NCBI GenBank assembly: GCA_964016885.1
Contig: OZ024750.1
Location: forward strand, 51,026,001-51,090,000
Direction of reading: 5' to 3'
Source of the DNA: Eledone cirrhosa
Lineage: Eukaryota
DNA length: 64,000 nucleotides
Positions 1 through 11,814 of the stretch are shown one piece after another; the stretch's first letter is position 1; every line of letters starts with the position of its first letter. The notes under the pieces were generated by a model that saw only the letters and a program-made list of their open reading frames with translations, had not been told where the DNA came from and did no database searches. A program made the translations under genes and the position numbers.

Positions 1-277
1 AAAGGAGACGAGATATGAAAATTGTTTCCCTCAATTTCCTGATAAACAAACAAAAATAGTAATTTCTATTGTTTTTAGGCGTTTTTAAATGGAATTGAGT
101 TAAGATCGTAGCTAAAGGAATAATTTGCTTTGCTTACACTTCTTTTCTCTTGATATATAAAACAAAAAATATTGCGAATATTGTGATAGGATATTTAAAT
201 ATCTTATCTAAAAGTCGGAAATATGCTTGGCACAGATCCTAGAAAATCATTAAAAAACAACACAGATAAGGTAGACA

Positions 278-560
278 CATATATATATATATTTATTTAT
301 ATTTATATACATATATTGTATATATATCTTGTATACATATATTGTATATGCATACGTGTGTGTGTATATATATGTATATATGTATCTATATACATATATA
401 CATATATATATTTATATATTCATATATTGTATATACATGCATATATATATATACACATTCATATATAAATATATATATAAATATAATATATATATTTCAT
501 ATATATATATATATATAGATATATATATATATTCATATGTGTGTGTCTGTATACGTATTC
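278..560. repeat. Degenerate (TA)n/(TG)n microsatellite
   Basis: Visible dinucleotide runs; the Y/I-rich ORFs here are artefacts. Confidence 0.95.
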
Positions 561-1054
561 AGATACAGATTACAGATTAGCATATGGAAATATGATATAT
601 TATCTCTTTGTGTTAGAAAATAATGTTTGTTTTGATTATCTGAAGAAAGCCCGTGGCAATGAATGATTAAAAAAAAATGAAAATTATCTTGATTGTGTGT
701 AATTAACATAGATTACTATCTTTGAAGAACACAACGTTGAATTTGCATAATTTAGTTTTATCTTGTTTTATATTTAATTTCCTTTTTAAAGAATGGATTA
801 GCCAATTAAGATATATAAGGTGTGAAAAAAGACGGCGAACTATCAGAATCGGTAAAACGTCCAATATAATATTTGGCACTATTCGGTCTAATGTTGTGCT
901 CTCTGAGTTCAAATACGGCTAAGATCAACTTTGATTGTCGTCCTTTTGATATCGTTCTTAGAATACCACTGTGCTTTTCGTCCTTTCGATATTGATAAAT
1001 GAAGTACCAGTCCAGGACTAGAGGTGACTTTTCCTGTAAATCTTTTTCTCACTT

Positions 1055-1058
<4 letters not shown>

Positions 1059-1124
<66 letters not shown>

Positions 1125-1292
1125 TACTATCTCTCTCTCACTCTCTCTCTATTTCTCTCTGTCTAGTTATCTCTCTTTCTCTCTCGCTCTCTTTCTCGCC
1201 CTGTATCTCCCTCTTTATCATACTTTCTCTCTTTATCTCCCCCTTTATCTCTCTTTGTCTTTCCCCATCTCTCTCCATCTTTCACTTTCTCT
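1059..1292. repeat. (CT)n microsatellite and CT-rich tract
   Basis: Direct reading of the sequence. Confidence 0.95.
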
Positions 1293-1899
1293 TGAAGAAA
1301 CTATAGAGGGATGAGCTGCGTCAGATATAAATCCCCAAATCACGTTGTTTGGGAGGAAGGAGTTTCCTACGACCTCATCGGATGTGCCCTTGAATGAATA
1401 GTAAAACCGACCTCAAATGAAATGCATGCTGTAATCCATTTTACTGTTTGCTTTACTTCTCGTAGCAAATATCTAGCTGGCCAGATATTGTTCAATGTGG
1501 GGGTTTAGAAAGTGACTTCATTTTGTTTTGATATGCTTAAGGCAACACCAGAGGCAAACTGTGATAGCCTATGTCTTTCCCTTGGACACTCGTGGTGGCG
1601 TGAAGAGACGAAACATGTATGCATGGGAGACTGCTAGTCTTCCACAAAAAAACGTTTCCAAGTCTTTCGCTTTGGAACGTACCAGGTGGAAATCCATAGT
1701 TAGCCATGAGCAAAAGCGGCTTTTAGGTTTGCAAAATAATTTCTAAAAGTTTGATTATATTTACAAGCAGCTGAACTTTATAAGAGAGGGGGAAAGACGC
1801 TATGTAAAACAAGAACAAACACATCTTCACAAGATTAGAATTATAAAAATATAGATAAAGTGGACACTTTAATCGAGCGTCCTGCGAGTATCATATGTC

Positions 1900-2850
1900 T
1901 CTTACCTTCTTCTTCGCCTGAGAGGGTCGTGGGGGCTGAGTCATCAAACACTCCTTCTAGCAGGTCCTGTCAGAAGCAACCGTCTCTAGCTGATCCAACT
2001 GGATCCCCAAGCGTGACCATCCACGCTCATGGATGTTATCCAACCATCTTGCTCGGTGTCTACCCCTGGGTCTCTTGCCGGTTGGTTCTGCCCGTAAAAT
2101 CTGTCCAGCGATTCTTTCCTGAGACATTCTAACCACACGTCCATATTCTCGGAGGTGTTATCTCTAAATTCAGAGAAGTAGCGGCCCTACCTGGAGTGAC
2201 TCTCTGATCTCCGAGTTACGCACTTTGTCGAGTAACCTTACTCCAAAGAAACTTCGGAGGAGTCCGATTTCGGCCACTTGTAAGGGTTGTCACGAAAACT
2301 GAATTGAATGTAGTGAGTTTGGCTTTTACGCCTAACTCTCTTCTTCTCATTACTGAATGCTGAATTTGGCGATTACTGCAACTGCTTTTATAATTCTTGC
2401 ACTTAATTCAGCCTCCTTCCATCCGTCACTCGTGAACATGACCCCAAGATACTTGAACTTCGCTACCTGCTTCAGTGGAACTCCATTCCCATGTAGAGCG
2501 TACTGCGCAGGTTTCCTTAAAAGGATAAGTGTCTCAGTTTTCGCAGCACTGATTTTCGTTCCATCCATGCAGCACTCAGCATCAAACCTATCAAGTGCAA
2601 GTCGAAGATCATCTTCTGTCGAGTTAAATAACACCATGTCCTTTGCAAATTCCAGCCGACTGATTTTATAACCGCCGGTCATGATAGCACTTCCAACCCG
2701 GTTGCACATGTCCATCCGCTTCATGTAACAGGAAAGATGAGAGTACGCACCCTTAGTGGAGTCCGACACCCACATTGAAAGGTTTCAATTTAGGCATTCA
2801 TATAGACATCAGGGCAGCAAGAAGCTGACCATCGATCCCATACACCTGCT
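1900..2850 (-). mobile_element. RTE-clade (Expander-like) LINE, decayed 3' part: RT C-terminal half and 3' end
   Basis: Minus-strand peptides YGIDGQLL..FNVGVGL and EFAKDMVL...KISAAKTETL...FKYLGVMFTSDG; 3' end ctcagcccccacgaccctctcaggc-gaagaagaag. Confidence 0.8.
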
Positions 2851-2859
2851 TATCCCCTA

Positions 2860-3346
2860 AACGTGATCACAACAGCATATTCTAATGTACACGAGGCCCA
2901 TCGGGGACCAGTGACTAATCTCTCAGAGCCGTATATCACAATAGCAGCCAAAGAGCTGAAATGTGGCATGGCCGCTGGGAAAGATGAAATCCGGCCCGAG
3001 ATGTTAATATCCTTAAATAGAGAAGGTATTCTCTGGATAACACGTGTGTGCCAAGTGGCCTGTATCTCTGGAATGGCACCTAAGTAATTGCAATCGGGAG
3101 TGATAACCCCAATTTTCAAAAAGAGAATGAGAGAGAGAGAGATTGTTCCAATTACAGAGGGATTTCCTTGCTGACAAAGAGATGCAGGGAGATTGTCGAG
3201 TCCAAGCTAACTGATGAACAGTGTGGTTTTCGTCCCGGGCGCAACACAGTCAACCAAATATTCACACTGCATCAGGTATTCGAGAAATTGTGGGAGTATT
3301 TCCAAGAAGTATATTCTTGATTTGTTAACCTGGAGTAGCATATGTC
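2860..3346 (+). mobile_element. Inverted 5' segment of the same RTE LINE (RT N-terminal part)
   Basis: LKCGMAAGKDEIRPEML...SGVITPIFKK..NYRGISLL..DEQCGFRPGRNTVNQIFTL, ending at a decayed DLEKAYD motif. Confidence 0.8.
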
Positions 3347-3514
3347 CACAACATCTTTGTAGTCTCAGGCAACAGCCATATCTTATAAGCGCCCCATTGT
3401 TTGATTATTTTGAACAAATTTATCGATAGGTGATGTGTGTGTTTATATATATATGTGCATTGCACTCTAGCTCAACAATGGTGCTGCTTAGTCTGGCTAT
3501 GTTTAGTTTAATAG

Positions 3515-3695
3515 TTGTTTCTACTTTAGGCACAAGGCCAGCAATTACCCAGTGCATTACTGGTACTTTATTTTATCGACCCCGTAAGGATGAAAGGCAA
3601 AGTCAACCTTGGCCGGATTTGAACTCAGATCGTAAAGGGACGTAACTATGCTGGAACGAATGGCGTCCGACCCTCTACCGATACTGCCAATCCAC
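3515..3695 (-). mobile_element. tRNA-derived SINE (octopus-type family)
   Basis: B-box gagttcaaat and body ctttgcctttcatccttacggggtcgataaaataaagtaccagt, shared with many copies in the window. Confidence 0.8.
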
Positions 3696-3821
3696 ATAGT
3701 GATACCCGTTGTTTTATCGCATGATTTGAAGGATATTTGGCTGCTATTTCTAGCAGATGGATAAACCGCGTATACTTTCCTTCGTTACCTTTTGTCGATT
3801 CTGCTAGTCTTGCTTAATGAA

Positions 3822-3944
3822 AGGTGGTGGTGGTGGTGGTGGTGGTGATAGTGGTGGTGGTGGTGTTGGTGTTGTTGTTGGTGTTGTTGTTGGTGGTGCT
3901 GATGGTGGTGTTGGCAGCTGTGGTGGTGGTGGTGTTGGTGTTAG

Positions 3945-4013
<69 letters not shown>

Positions 4014-4143
4014 ATCGGTGGCGGTAGTGGTATCGGTGGCGGTGGTGGTGGTATTGGTGTTGGTGGTGGTGGTGATGGCGGTGGTGGTCGTGGTGGTGCC
4101 CGTAGTGGTGGTGGTGGTGTTGGTGATATTGGTGGTAGTGTCG

Positions 4144-4175
<32 letters not shown>

Positions 4176-4209
4176 GGTAGTGCTGGTGATAGTGGTGGTG
4201 CTGATGTTG

Positions 4210-4241
<32 letters not shown>

Positions 4242-4427
4242 GGTGATAGTGGTGGTGGTGGTGGTGGTGGTAAAGGAGGTGGTGATAGTGGTGGTGGTGG
4301 TTCTTGTGGTGGTGTTGGTGGTTGCTGTTGGTGGTGGTGCTGGTTGTTGGTGGTAGTCCTGGTTGTTGTAGTGGTGGTCGCGTTGTTATAGTAGTGGTCG
4401 CGTTGTTGTAGTGGTGGTGGTGGTGGC
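3822..4427. repeat. (GGT)n/(GTT)n trinucleotide tract
   Basis: Direct reading; the poly-V/G ORFs are artefacts. Confidence 0.95.
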
Positions 4428-5277
4428 CTTTTGGGAGTGGGGGGGGATTCTTAAGGCAGGCGCCTGAGGATTACCCTCAGTAGCGCTTGACTGGCACGTG
4501 GGAGACGCACGAGTTCATCCATGCTGGAGCCGAGTTGGCGGTGATAACAAACCACCATCAAGGCTGGACATCTCATCTAATGATGTTGCGAGGATTGTTC
4601 TTCCTCTCCGCACAGACGGCATGTTTTTATTTCCGCTTGGCCGATCATATGGAGCCATCTCCTTAATGACGTGTGAGGTCCACTGCGGAAGCGGACGAGA
4701 TGGTTCCTATCTGCTTTGGAGAGAGTTTGCTCACTCTCTTCATTTGGGTGGCGGCTAAAGACTGATTGTAGACATTGATGCTGGATCGGTGGAGGGCGGA
4801 ATTTCCTGCGAATGAGGGCGTGTTGGGTGGCGGCATCGATTGAACTTTCCAGTTGAGTAGATGCTGGGCGTCAGCCAGTTCATTCCCTTTGATGTTGCAG
4901 TTCCCCGGGACCCAGACAGCTGCTTTGGTTCTCCCTTTTATGATTTTGTTATATTGATCCCTTGCAGCTTGGTAATGAAATGGTCATGGGGGGGGGGGGG
5001 GGGAGTTGACTGCTTGAACCAGCGACTTGCAGTCACTAATGACACTGGAGGACTCCCAGCTGGTGTCTGCCTGTAACCAAAGGAGGGCTTGTTTGAATGC
5101 AATTCTTTCGGAATGAAAGGAACTGCTATGAGCGCCCGACGGAGGGTGCCACTCGTGAACTACCTCTTCATTTTGGATGATTACGAGACCGGCACCGCCA
5201 TCGGTTGTACCGTCGCATGTTGATCCTTCTGTATACACGCAAATGTCGACTGAGGAGAGTGTCGATAGATGATCCAA
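4428..5277 (-). mobile_element. I-group (Ingi-like) LINE 3' part: RNase H domain and 3' end
   Basis: VYTEGS..GGAG..SERIA..VISDCKS in ORF 4984-5277, followed by WVPGNCNIKGNELAD; ends in an (ACC)n tail. Confidence 0.75.
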
Positions 5278-7523
5278 TTCTCATGCTATACTATGAATGA
5301 TCTTGGCTCAGATCATCTTCCAATCGTTATCGACTGGAGTGTCGATTTTCAAGTAGAACGACCACGATAGAAACCACGGAGAAACTATCAAAAACCGGAC
5401 TGGCCAAAGTTCCTGGAATTTGTTGAAGAGGGAATTAACAAAGTCTCCGATGAAGCCTCCCGCTCAAGTAAATTGGCAGCACTTCTCACATTCCTTAAAA
5501 AGGCAGAAGCCGTGGCAGTTCCCCTAAAGGCCATCCGTAAGAATGAATGCCCATGGATAACAACGGAGCTAAAAAGTCTTATAAAAAAACGCAATCGTCT
5601 CAGACGAGATCTTAAGAACATATCGCAAAGAGTGGTTGTAGACCTCACGCGAGGTGGTTAGAAAAACAGATGAGTGCAAAAGGGAGGCCTGGAGGAAACA
5701 CCTACAGACGATATCCGAGACGAAAGATAGTAAAAGGGTCTGGTCAGTAGTTCGATCGTTGTCAGGAAAAGGCTGCGCAAACAACAGCAAGTCCATACTA
5801 TAGACAGGGGCGACCTATGCTAGCGACCGATCGAAGGCTGCAGCTTTCATTCAAGAGTAAGCCGCAGTTAGCGGATGAAAGCCAGATAAAAACACTAGGA
5901 AAGATGGACGGGAGCTACGACTCAACATCCAGGGTGCTCGAAACTCACCAAGACATAAGATTGAAACAGCCTTCACTATCGACGAACTACAGAAAGCATT
6001 GAACCAAATAAAAGCCAGGAAAGCGGCTGGTCCCGACCAGAGAGCACCAGATCTCCTCAAACACCTACCACCAATGGCCTTAAAAACATTGTTAGACCTA
6101 CTAAGTTTCAGCTGGTTGGAGAATTGGTGCCCACAAGATTGGGAAATGGCGACTATCGTTCCCTTTCAAAAAAAAGGGAAAGATCGGGCGGACGTGAGGA
6201 GTTATCGACCAATTGCGCTAACCTCAACGATAGGGAAGCTCTTAGAGCGTTTGATTGCAAACCGGTTAAGGTGATGGCTAGAGGAACACTCCTTTCTTAG
6301 TTCCTGGCAAGTTGGTTTCAGAAAGGGCCGCAGCACCACCGATCAGTGCCTCCGATTGTCCCATTTCATTTCAGATGGGTTCCAGTCGTTGGATCGAAAC
6401 CGCATCGTTGCTACATTCTTCGACTTTAGCCGTGTGTATGATCGTGTGTGGAGAACAATACTGCTGCAAGATATGATGAGTCTTGGCCTTCTCCTGCGTT
6501 TCGTCGAGTGGTTATCCGGCTGGTTTACAAACCGTATAGTAAGAGTCCGAATTAATGGGACCACTGGTCGCAGTCGCGTGTTTAAAGAAGGGGTACCACA
6601 AGGTTCCGTCTTTTCACAAATGCTTTTCACAATCTTCATAAATGGTCTACTCGATCAATTCGACAACACAACACATGTCAGCGCATGCGCCGATGATCTT
6701 GCTATCGCCTGCTGCGGTAAGAAAAGGAGCAAATAGCGCAACGGTTACAAAAGGAAGTGGATAATGTGATAGCATGGAGTAAATTAGTTAAACTCCCACT
6801 TAACACATCAAAATGCGAGTCAACCTTCTTTGGAACATCCAGTGCAGAAGTGAGGTGGCAACCAAATACTACTAATTACTAAGACTATCCTTTAACCCTA
6901 ATCCCGTCTTTTGGGGCGTCACATATGATAGGACACTCTCCTTTGGGGAACATGTTAAAAAGATCTGCCAAAAATTTCAACAGCTCGTCAACATCCTGCG
7001 CACTCTTGGGGGTACCTTCTGGGGCTGGCATACCGCAGATCTTCGTCAAGTATACATCGCAGTGCACCGCAGCCGGGCCGGGTACGGCTCTCCAGGCTGG
7101 TCTCCCTGGTTGTCAGCCACTAACATCGGCAAGCTTGAAAGAGCACAACTAGAAGCAGCTCAAGCGATCACTGGACATGTACGCACAACACCTACTGAGG
7201 CTGTCCTACTTGAAGAACACCTTCCAGCGTTGGAATGCCGCTTTCATGCTCTCTCCCTCTTGAAAGCAGGTGAATGGGCACACCTCCCCACCCCCGATAA
7301 TCGAAACCAATTACTCAATGCTAACGTAAGGCGCCGACTCCGCCGTCTTGATTGGCGATGTAGACCGCTGCCAGCCCTTGATCGTCTTGGCATACCCTCG
7401 ACAACAGACGCCCAACTACCACATAAGAAGACGCCGTGGGAATTACCAACACCAATCCCTGCTACCTTTACCCCGGTGAGCAAAGCAATGCCAGTAGCAC
7501 TACAACTTAAAACGGCACTTAAA
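5278..7523 (+). mobile_element. Inverted 5' segment of the same Ingi-like LINE: APE end and RT, decayed
   Basis: GSDHLPI, KAAGPD, SYRPIALTS, FDFSRVYDRVW, GVPQGSV, ADDLAI and WSPWLSATNIGKLERAQ, with stops and frameshifts. Confidence 0.85.
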
Positions 7524-7945
7524 GTGGTGGCGGTGGTGGTGATGGTGGTTAGGGGTAGTCGTGGTCGCGATGTTGCTGTTGGTGGTGGTGGCGGTGGTGC
7601 TGGTTGTAGTCCCGTTGTTGCTATCGGTGATGATGGTGGTGGTGGTGGTAGTACTGGCTGTTAGTGATAGTCGTCGTTGTTGTAGTGGTGGTCGAGTTTT
7701 TGCTGTTGTTTGTTGTTGTGGTGGGGCTGGGGGGTTTGGCGGGGGATGGAGGTGGCGGTGTGTTACTCTTGCTGATATTGTGGTTACTGTTGTAAATGTG
7801 ATTGATTTTGATAGTGGCTGTAGTGGTGGTATTGGTCATTTTATTGTTACTGCTGTTGTTGTTGTTTTTGGTGGTGGTGATGGTGGTGGTGGGGAGGCGG
7901 TAGTGGGTGTAGTCTTGTTAATGTTGTTGTTTTTATTGTTGTTTT
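7524..7945. repeat. Degenerate (GGT)/(GTT) tract
   Basis: Direct reading; continues the tract to the left of the Ingi element. Confidence 0.85.
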
Positions 7946-8216
7946 TATCTTCCTAGTGAGTAGAATGTCTGACTGTTTTCAACCAGCCGAAATTGTTTAT
8001 TACTGTAATATAACTAATGTAATTAGAAAACGAAAGCGTCTCACACACAATTTCATATTTATACACAGGAGAATCATTACTTGACTTCAATTTTGACTAA
8101 GAGAACTTCTCAAAATATAAAGAATTCTAATTATCAAACAACCCAGATCTATTTGATATTTGAAAGCTGATAGATATACACAGACATATGCAAGGCAGGA
8201 AATAGGGCCGCGTCAG

Positions 8217-8470
8217 ACGTAATATACACAACATCATTTCAAATAGATATATGTCTATGGTCGATGTGAAATATAGGCTCCATTTCAGCTACTTAAAGGT
8301 CCAAATCAGATGTGAAATATGGACTTCATTTCAAAAGATTTTATATTTCTGTTAGATGTAAAATATAGGCCACATTTCATGTGATAATAGCCCCAGATCC
8401 GATATAAAATATTAGGCTTATTCAATTAATAATAGAACCATAGCAAGAGTGAAATCTAGGCCATATTTGA
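8217..8470. repeat. Diverged ~46-bp tandem repeat, 5-6 units
   Basis: gatgtgaaatataggc.ccatttca-like core at about 8263, 8309, 8355, 8401 and 8447. Confidence 0.6.
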
Positions 8471-8596
8471 ACCAAAAATATGTTAAACCAGAAATAACAC
8501 ACATCCGGTTCAATGCTCATACCCGAAGTAAAATAAACGACCTTTTTCAACTGGTAATAGGGTGGTTAAGGCAGCGAATTGCCAGAGCATTTGGAG

Positions 8597-8904
8597 CAGG
8601 CATGGGCAATCTTTATCGAGAAGTGGGCCGCATGAGATAGGACTCATCATCAGGCGGGCCGCAGGCGCTAATTTACATTCGCGCCAACATTAAAAAAAGG
8701 GCGGTAACTCAGGTTGTTTTGATTTGTTTCTTCAGAATTCGTACACGTTGTTTTAATCGATCGTAAACATGATAGAAAGATAAATTTCGACTGTAAAGTC
8801 GGGGTAAAAAATTCAGAAAGATTTCACTTAGGTGACTTAGGCGAGCCATTCAGAGAGCTTCACAAGCCGGGTGTGGCCCGCGGACCGCAGATTGCCCATG
8901 ACTG
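8597..8904. mobile_element. Non-autonomous hAT (Charlie-like) MITE inserted into a SINE copy (8565-9018)
   Basis: TIRs caggcatgggcaatct / agattgcccatgactg; 8-bp TSD atttggag / ctttagag; subterminal gggccgc motifs; SINE sequence resumes on both sides. Confidence 0.75.
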
Positions 8905-9022
8905 CTTTAGAGCGTCGAATTAAAGATGCGTCGGTATTTGTTCCGGCTCACTGCATGGTAAACTTTGCTTTTCATCATTTTATGATCAATAAATAAAGTA
9001 CCAATACTGAAGTCGATTCTCC

Positions 9023-9051
<29 letters not shown>

Positions 9052-9055
<4 letters not shown>

Positions 9056-9448
9056 ATAACTAGAAATTGATTAACATATAAATAAACATGAATAATCACA
9101 TGAGATAATTTTTACAAGTGTGTAACCACACATAGCTAGGTAGGTAACTAAATAAAGTTGACCTTATAATATGATTAATTATATTATAAGGTATCTATTT
9201 TTGAAGTTCTGGTCAACTTTATTTAGTTACCTACCTAGCTATGTGTGATTACACACTTGTAAAAATTCTCTCCTGTGATTATTCATGTTTATTTATATGT
9301 TAATCAATTTCTAGTTGTTATAAAATACTCGGACCTATTCGTTAGAATCTTAGAGCTTATTTTACGGGTGATATAACACATGTCTTTCTAGCATGACACC
9401 CATAATTTTGATTTAGATTAAATTCATTTGAGTTATCTTAATTTTGGA

Positions 9449-9450
<2 letters not shown>
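9052..9450 (+). mobile_element. Fold-back element (about 115-bp inverted arms plus one-sided tail) in (TA)n, probably Penelope-derived
   Basis: About 9054-9163 is the reverse complement of 9211-9321, and unique sequence continues to the TA run at 9450. Confidence 0.55.
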
Positions 9451-9482
<32 letters not shown>

Positions 9483-9484
<2 letters not shown>

Positions 9485-10153
9485 CATTATGAAGAGAGAA
9501 GAAACATTTAGATATAATTAGTAATAAAATGTATCATACCTAAACTGCTCCTAAATTCCTCGACTACGTAGTTTCGTGGCATAAACAAAAACAATATATC
9601 GTAAAGATATAGAGTCCTTGAGGTCTGCCGACTTATCAAGAGGATACCTCATTTTACTAGTCTCAAGAACGCGTCTACACGACGTGAGAAAGAATCCCAA
9701 AAGGCAGAGGGGGAGATAGTCACGCGATATAACGGTCGAGGAACAGAGCTAAGCCTCCTATAACCTCGAAGAAAATACCACGGAGGCGGAGGGGGTACTT
9801 ATATCGAGGCCGCAGAAGAGGTGGTGAAGAAGGCGAGAAGTATGAGTAATGGAAGCTTTCCAGTTATCCCCACACTTCAAAGATTGCTCGACCAGAGGGA
9901 GTTATTAACAATATATTTAGAAACACACAGATACATGCGGACACACACATATATACATGAATGCATCCGCACCCAACTGTGAGTTAAGGGTGCCAACTTC
10001 ACCGATGTTGCTCAATGAATGATTGGGACAGACCAATTCAGTTGAACTAGACTGAACCAGTATCAGAGTTAAAAATACATTATGAAGAGAGAAGAAACAT
10101 TTAGATATAATTAGTAATAAAATGTATCATACCTAAACTGCTCCTAAATTCCT

Positions 10154-10154
<1 letters not shown>
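9483..10154 (-). mobile_element. Penelope-like/retrozyme 1.1-mer (594-bp period) carrying a hammerhead ribozyme
   Basis: About 78-bp direct repeat at 9483 and 10077; hammerhead at 9557-9644. Confidence 0.65.
9557..9644 (-). ncRNA. Type I hammerhead ribozyme, U3:A8 variant
   Basis: TCCTC-TTGATAA-GTCGGCA...TGCCAC-GAAAC-TACGTA-GTC-GAGGA. Confidence 0.7.
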
Positions 10155-10395
<241 letters not shown>

Positions 10396-10399
10396 AAGT

Positions 10400-11224
10400 A
10401 GTGTCACAACAGTTAGTTCACGATACCGAGAACATATATTTCACCTTGCGGATCTTCAGCTCGGTCTGAGTATGGTTGTACGGAAAAGGAAAAACAACTG
10501 TATGAATACGCATGCGTAGAAACGGTCACTTCTCGCAGGTGATATGATCCCACGGTCGAAATGTGTAAGGGAGATAACTGCGAATGTCCGGAATAAATTG
10601 TTCGAGTTGATTAGAATATTAGAATGTTGATGTTATTCATTCCGGAGCTTTGTAATTATGCAAGAGGTGTTTTCAGACGTGTGGGCAACGTGAAAAAAGC
10701 TCATTCTTTGTATTTAGGCAATTGCTATTGCGTAATATATTCAGAATATTGCTCCTTTCTTCAATGCAAAGTCCACAAGTCGGATTACCCCTTGCGTATG
10801 GCTTGGGTTTAGTGATGGCTTTCCATTGAATGGAGTAGTCTATGCCTGAGTCTTTGAGGGACCATACGTGGCTCGCCAGTTTCGTGGACGATCGTTTGTC
10901 TGGGTATCTAAAGGTCGACTGATGGTTCAGGAAGCGTTCCTTAAACCGGCTCTCCACCATACCTATATAGGATTTACCCTCTTGTTGATTTGGTCGGTTG
11001 GAAGTGACCACAGCTTCATAAAATACAGCGGGTGTGTTGCATTGTTGTTGGAGGGGACAAGCTTCAGACTTTCAGCAAGAGAATCTTGGTAGGGTGCTGC
11101 TCTTAGGGCTGTTGGTGATGTGGGCTTTCATATTCTTAGCGTAGGAGTATCCTAGTTTAACCCTGTGTCTGTTAAAGATGGAGCGGTATTTCTGATCTAT
11201 TGGAAAGTGTCTATCTAATTCTTC

Positions 11225-11228
<4 letters not shown>
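10400..11228 (-). mobile_element. 5'-truncated Penelope-like element (Naiad-like) with GIY-YIG endonuclease, 3' UTR and degenerate hammerhead
   Basis: IFNRHRVKLGYSY..SC*KSEACPLQQQC..YEA..YIG..FKERF.NH..CGLCIEE..LNTKNELFSRCPH in one frame; hammerhead ACCGAG-CTGAAGA-TCCGCAAGGT-GAAA..GTT-CTCGGT at 10425-10465. Confidence 0.85.
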
Positions 11229-11280
<52 letters not shown>

Positions 11281-11479
11281 GAGTCGTCTGGGAAGAGATA
11301 TATTTGATATATTTCATATGAAATGATACAGCCAATTTTCCACACAATACAATTAGTTAGCACTCCGAACGTTTAATTAGGAATACACTCAGGTATTTCC
11401 TAATGTTTGTTGGGTGAGTTGGAATTTGGCCGGAGTATCGCTATTAGCTTTCTCCGATTATGTATATATTATGGTTAAC

Positions 11480-11610
11480 GTATGTTGATGCCCTGAGAAC
11501 AGACACTGGTCTGTTGGAGATGCAGGACATGGCAGCGATAATGAGGGACAGAGACCGCTGGAGAGAACTCGTCCATGGATCTCGGGAATTTTACCCGCAT
11601 TAGACTTAGA
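11480..11610 (+). mobile_element. Short LINE (RTE-like) 3' fragment
   Basis: Translates VDALRTDTGL..DMAAIMRDRDRWRELV, followed by a short tandem tail (ttagac)2. Confidence 0.5.
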
Positions 11611-11814
11611 CATATATATATAACATATATATATATATATGGATGAAATCGGCTGTGTTCCGCCTTGGTGAGACATCGACTCTGTCAGGTTTAAAGTGCC
11701 CAAGACACACAGTGTTGCAAAAGACGCACCTCAATGACTCCATCACTAGATAATAGTCTATTCCTTTTTAATAGGCAGGTGTCAGGGGTGAAATATAGAC
11801 TCTTTTTACATGGA

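Noticed and set aside
223-1314. Y/I-, S/L-, V/C- and H/T-rich ORFs here and throughout the window
   Set aside because: They are translations of microsatellites.
11072-11074. In-frame TGA in the Naiad-like PLE Cys-rich linker as possible selenocysteine
   Set aside because: It follows the Cys (SC*K) and aligns with the Arg of the usual CxCR motif, so CGA>TGA deamination is the simpler explanation; no SECIS was identified.
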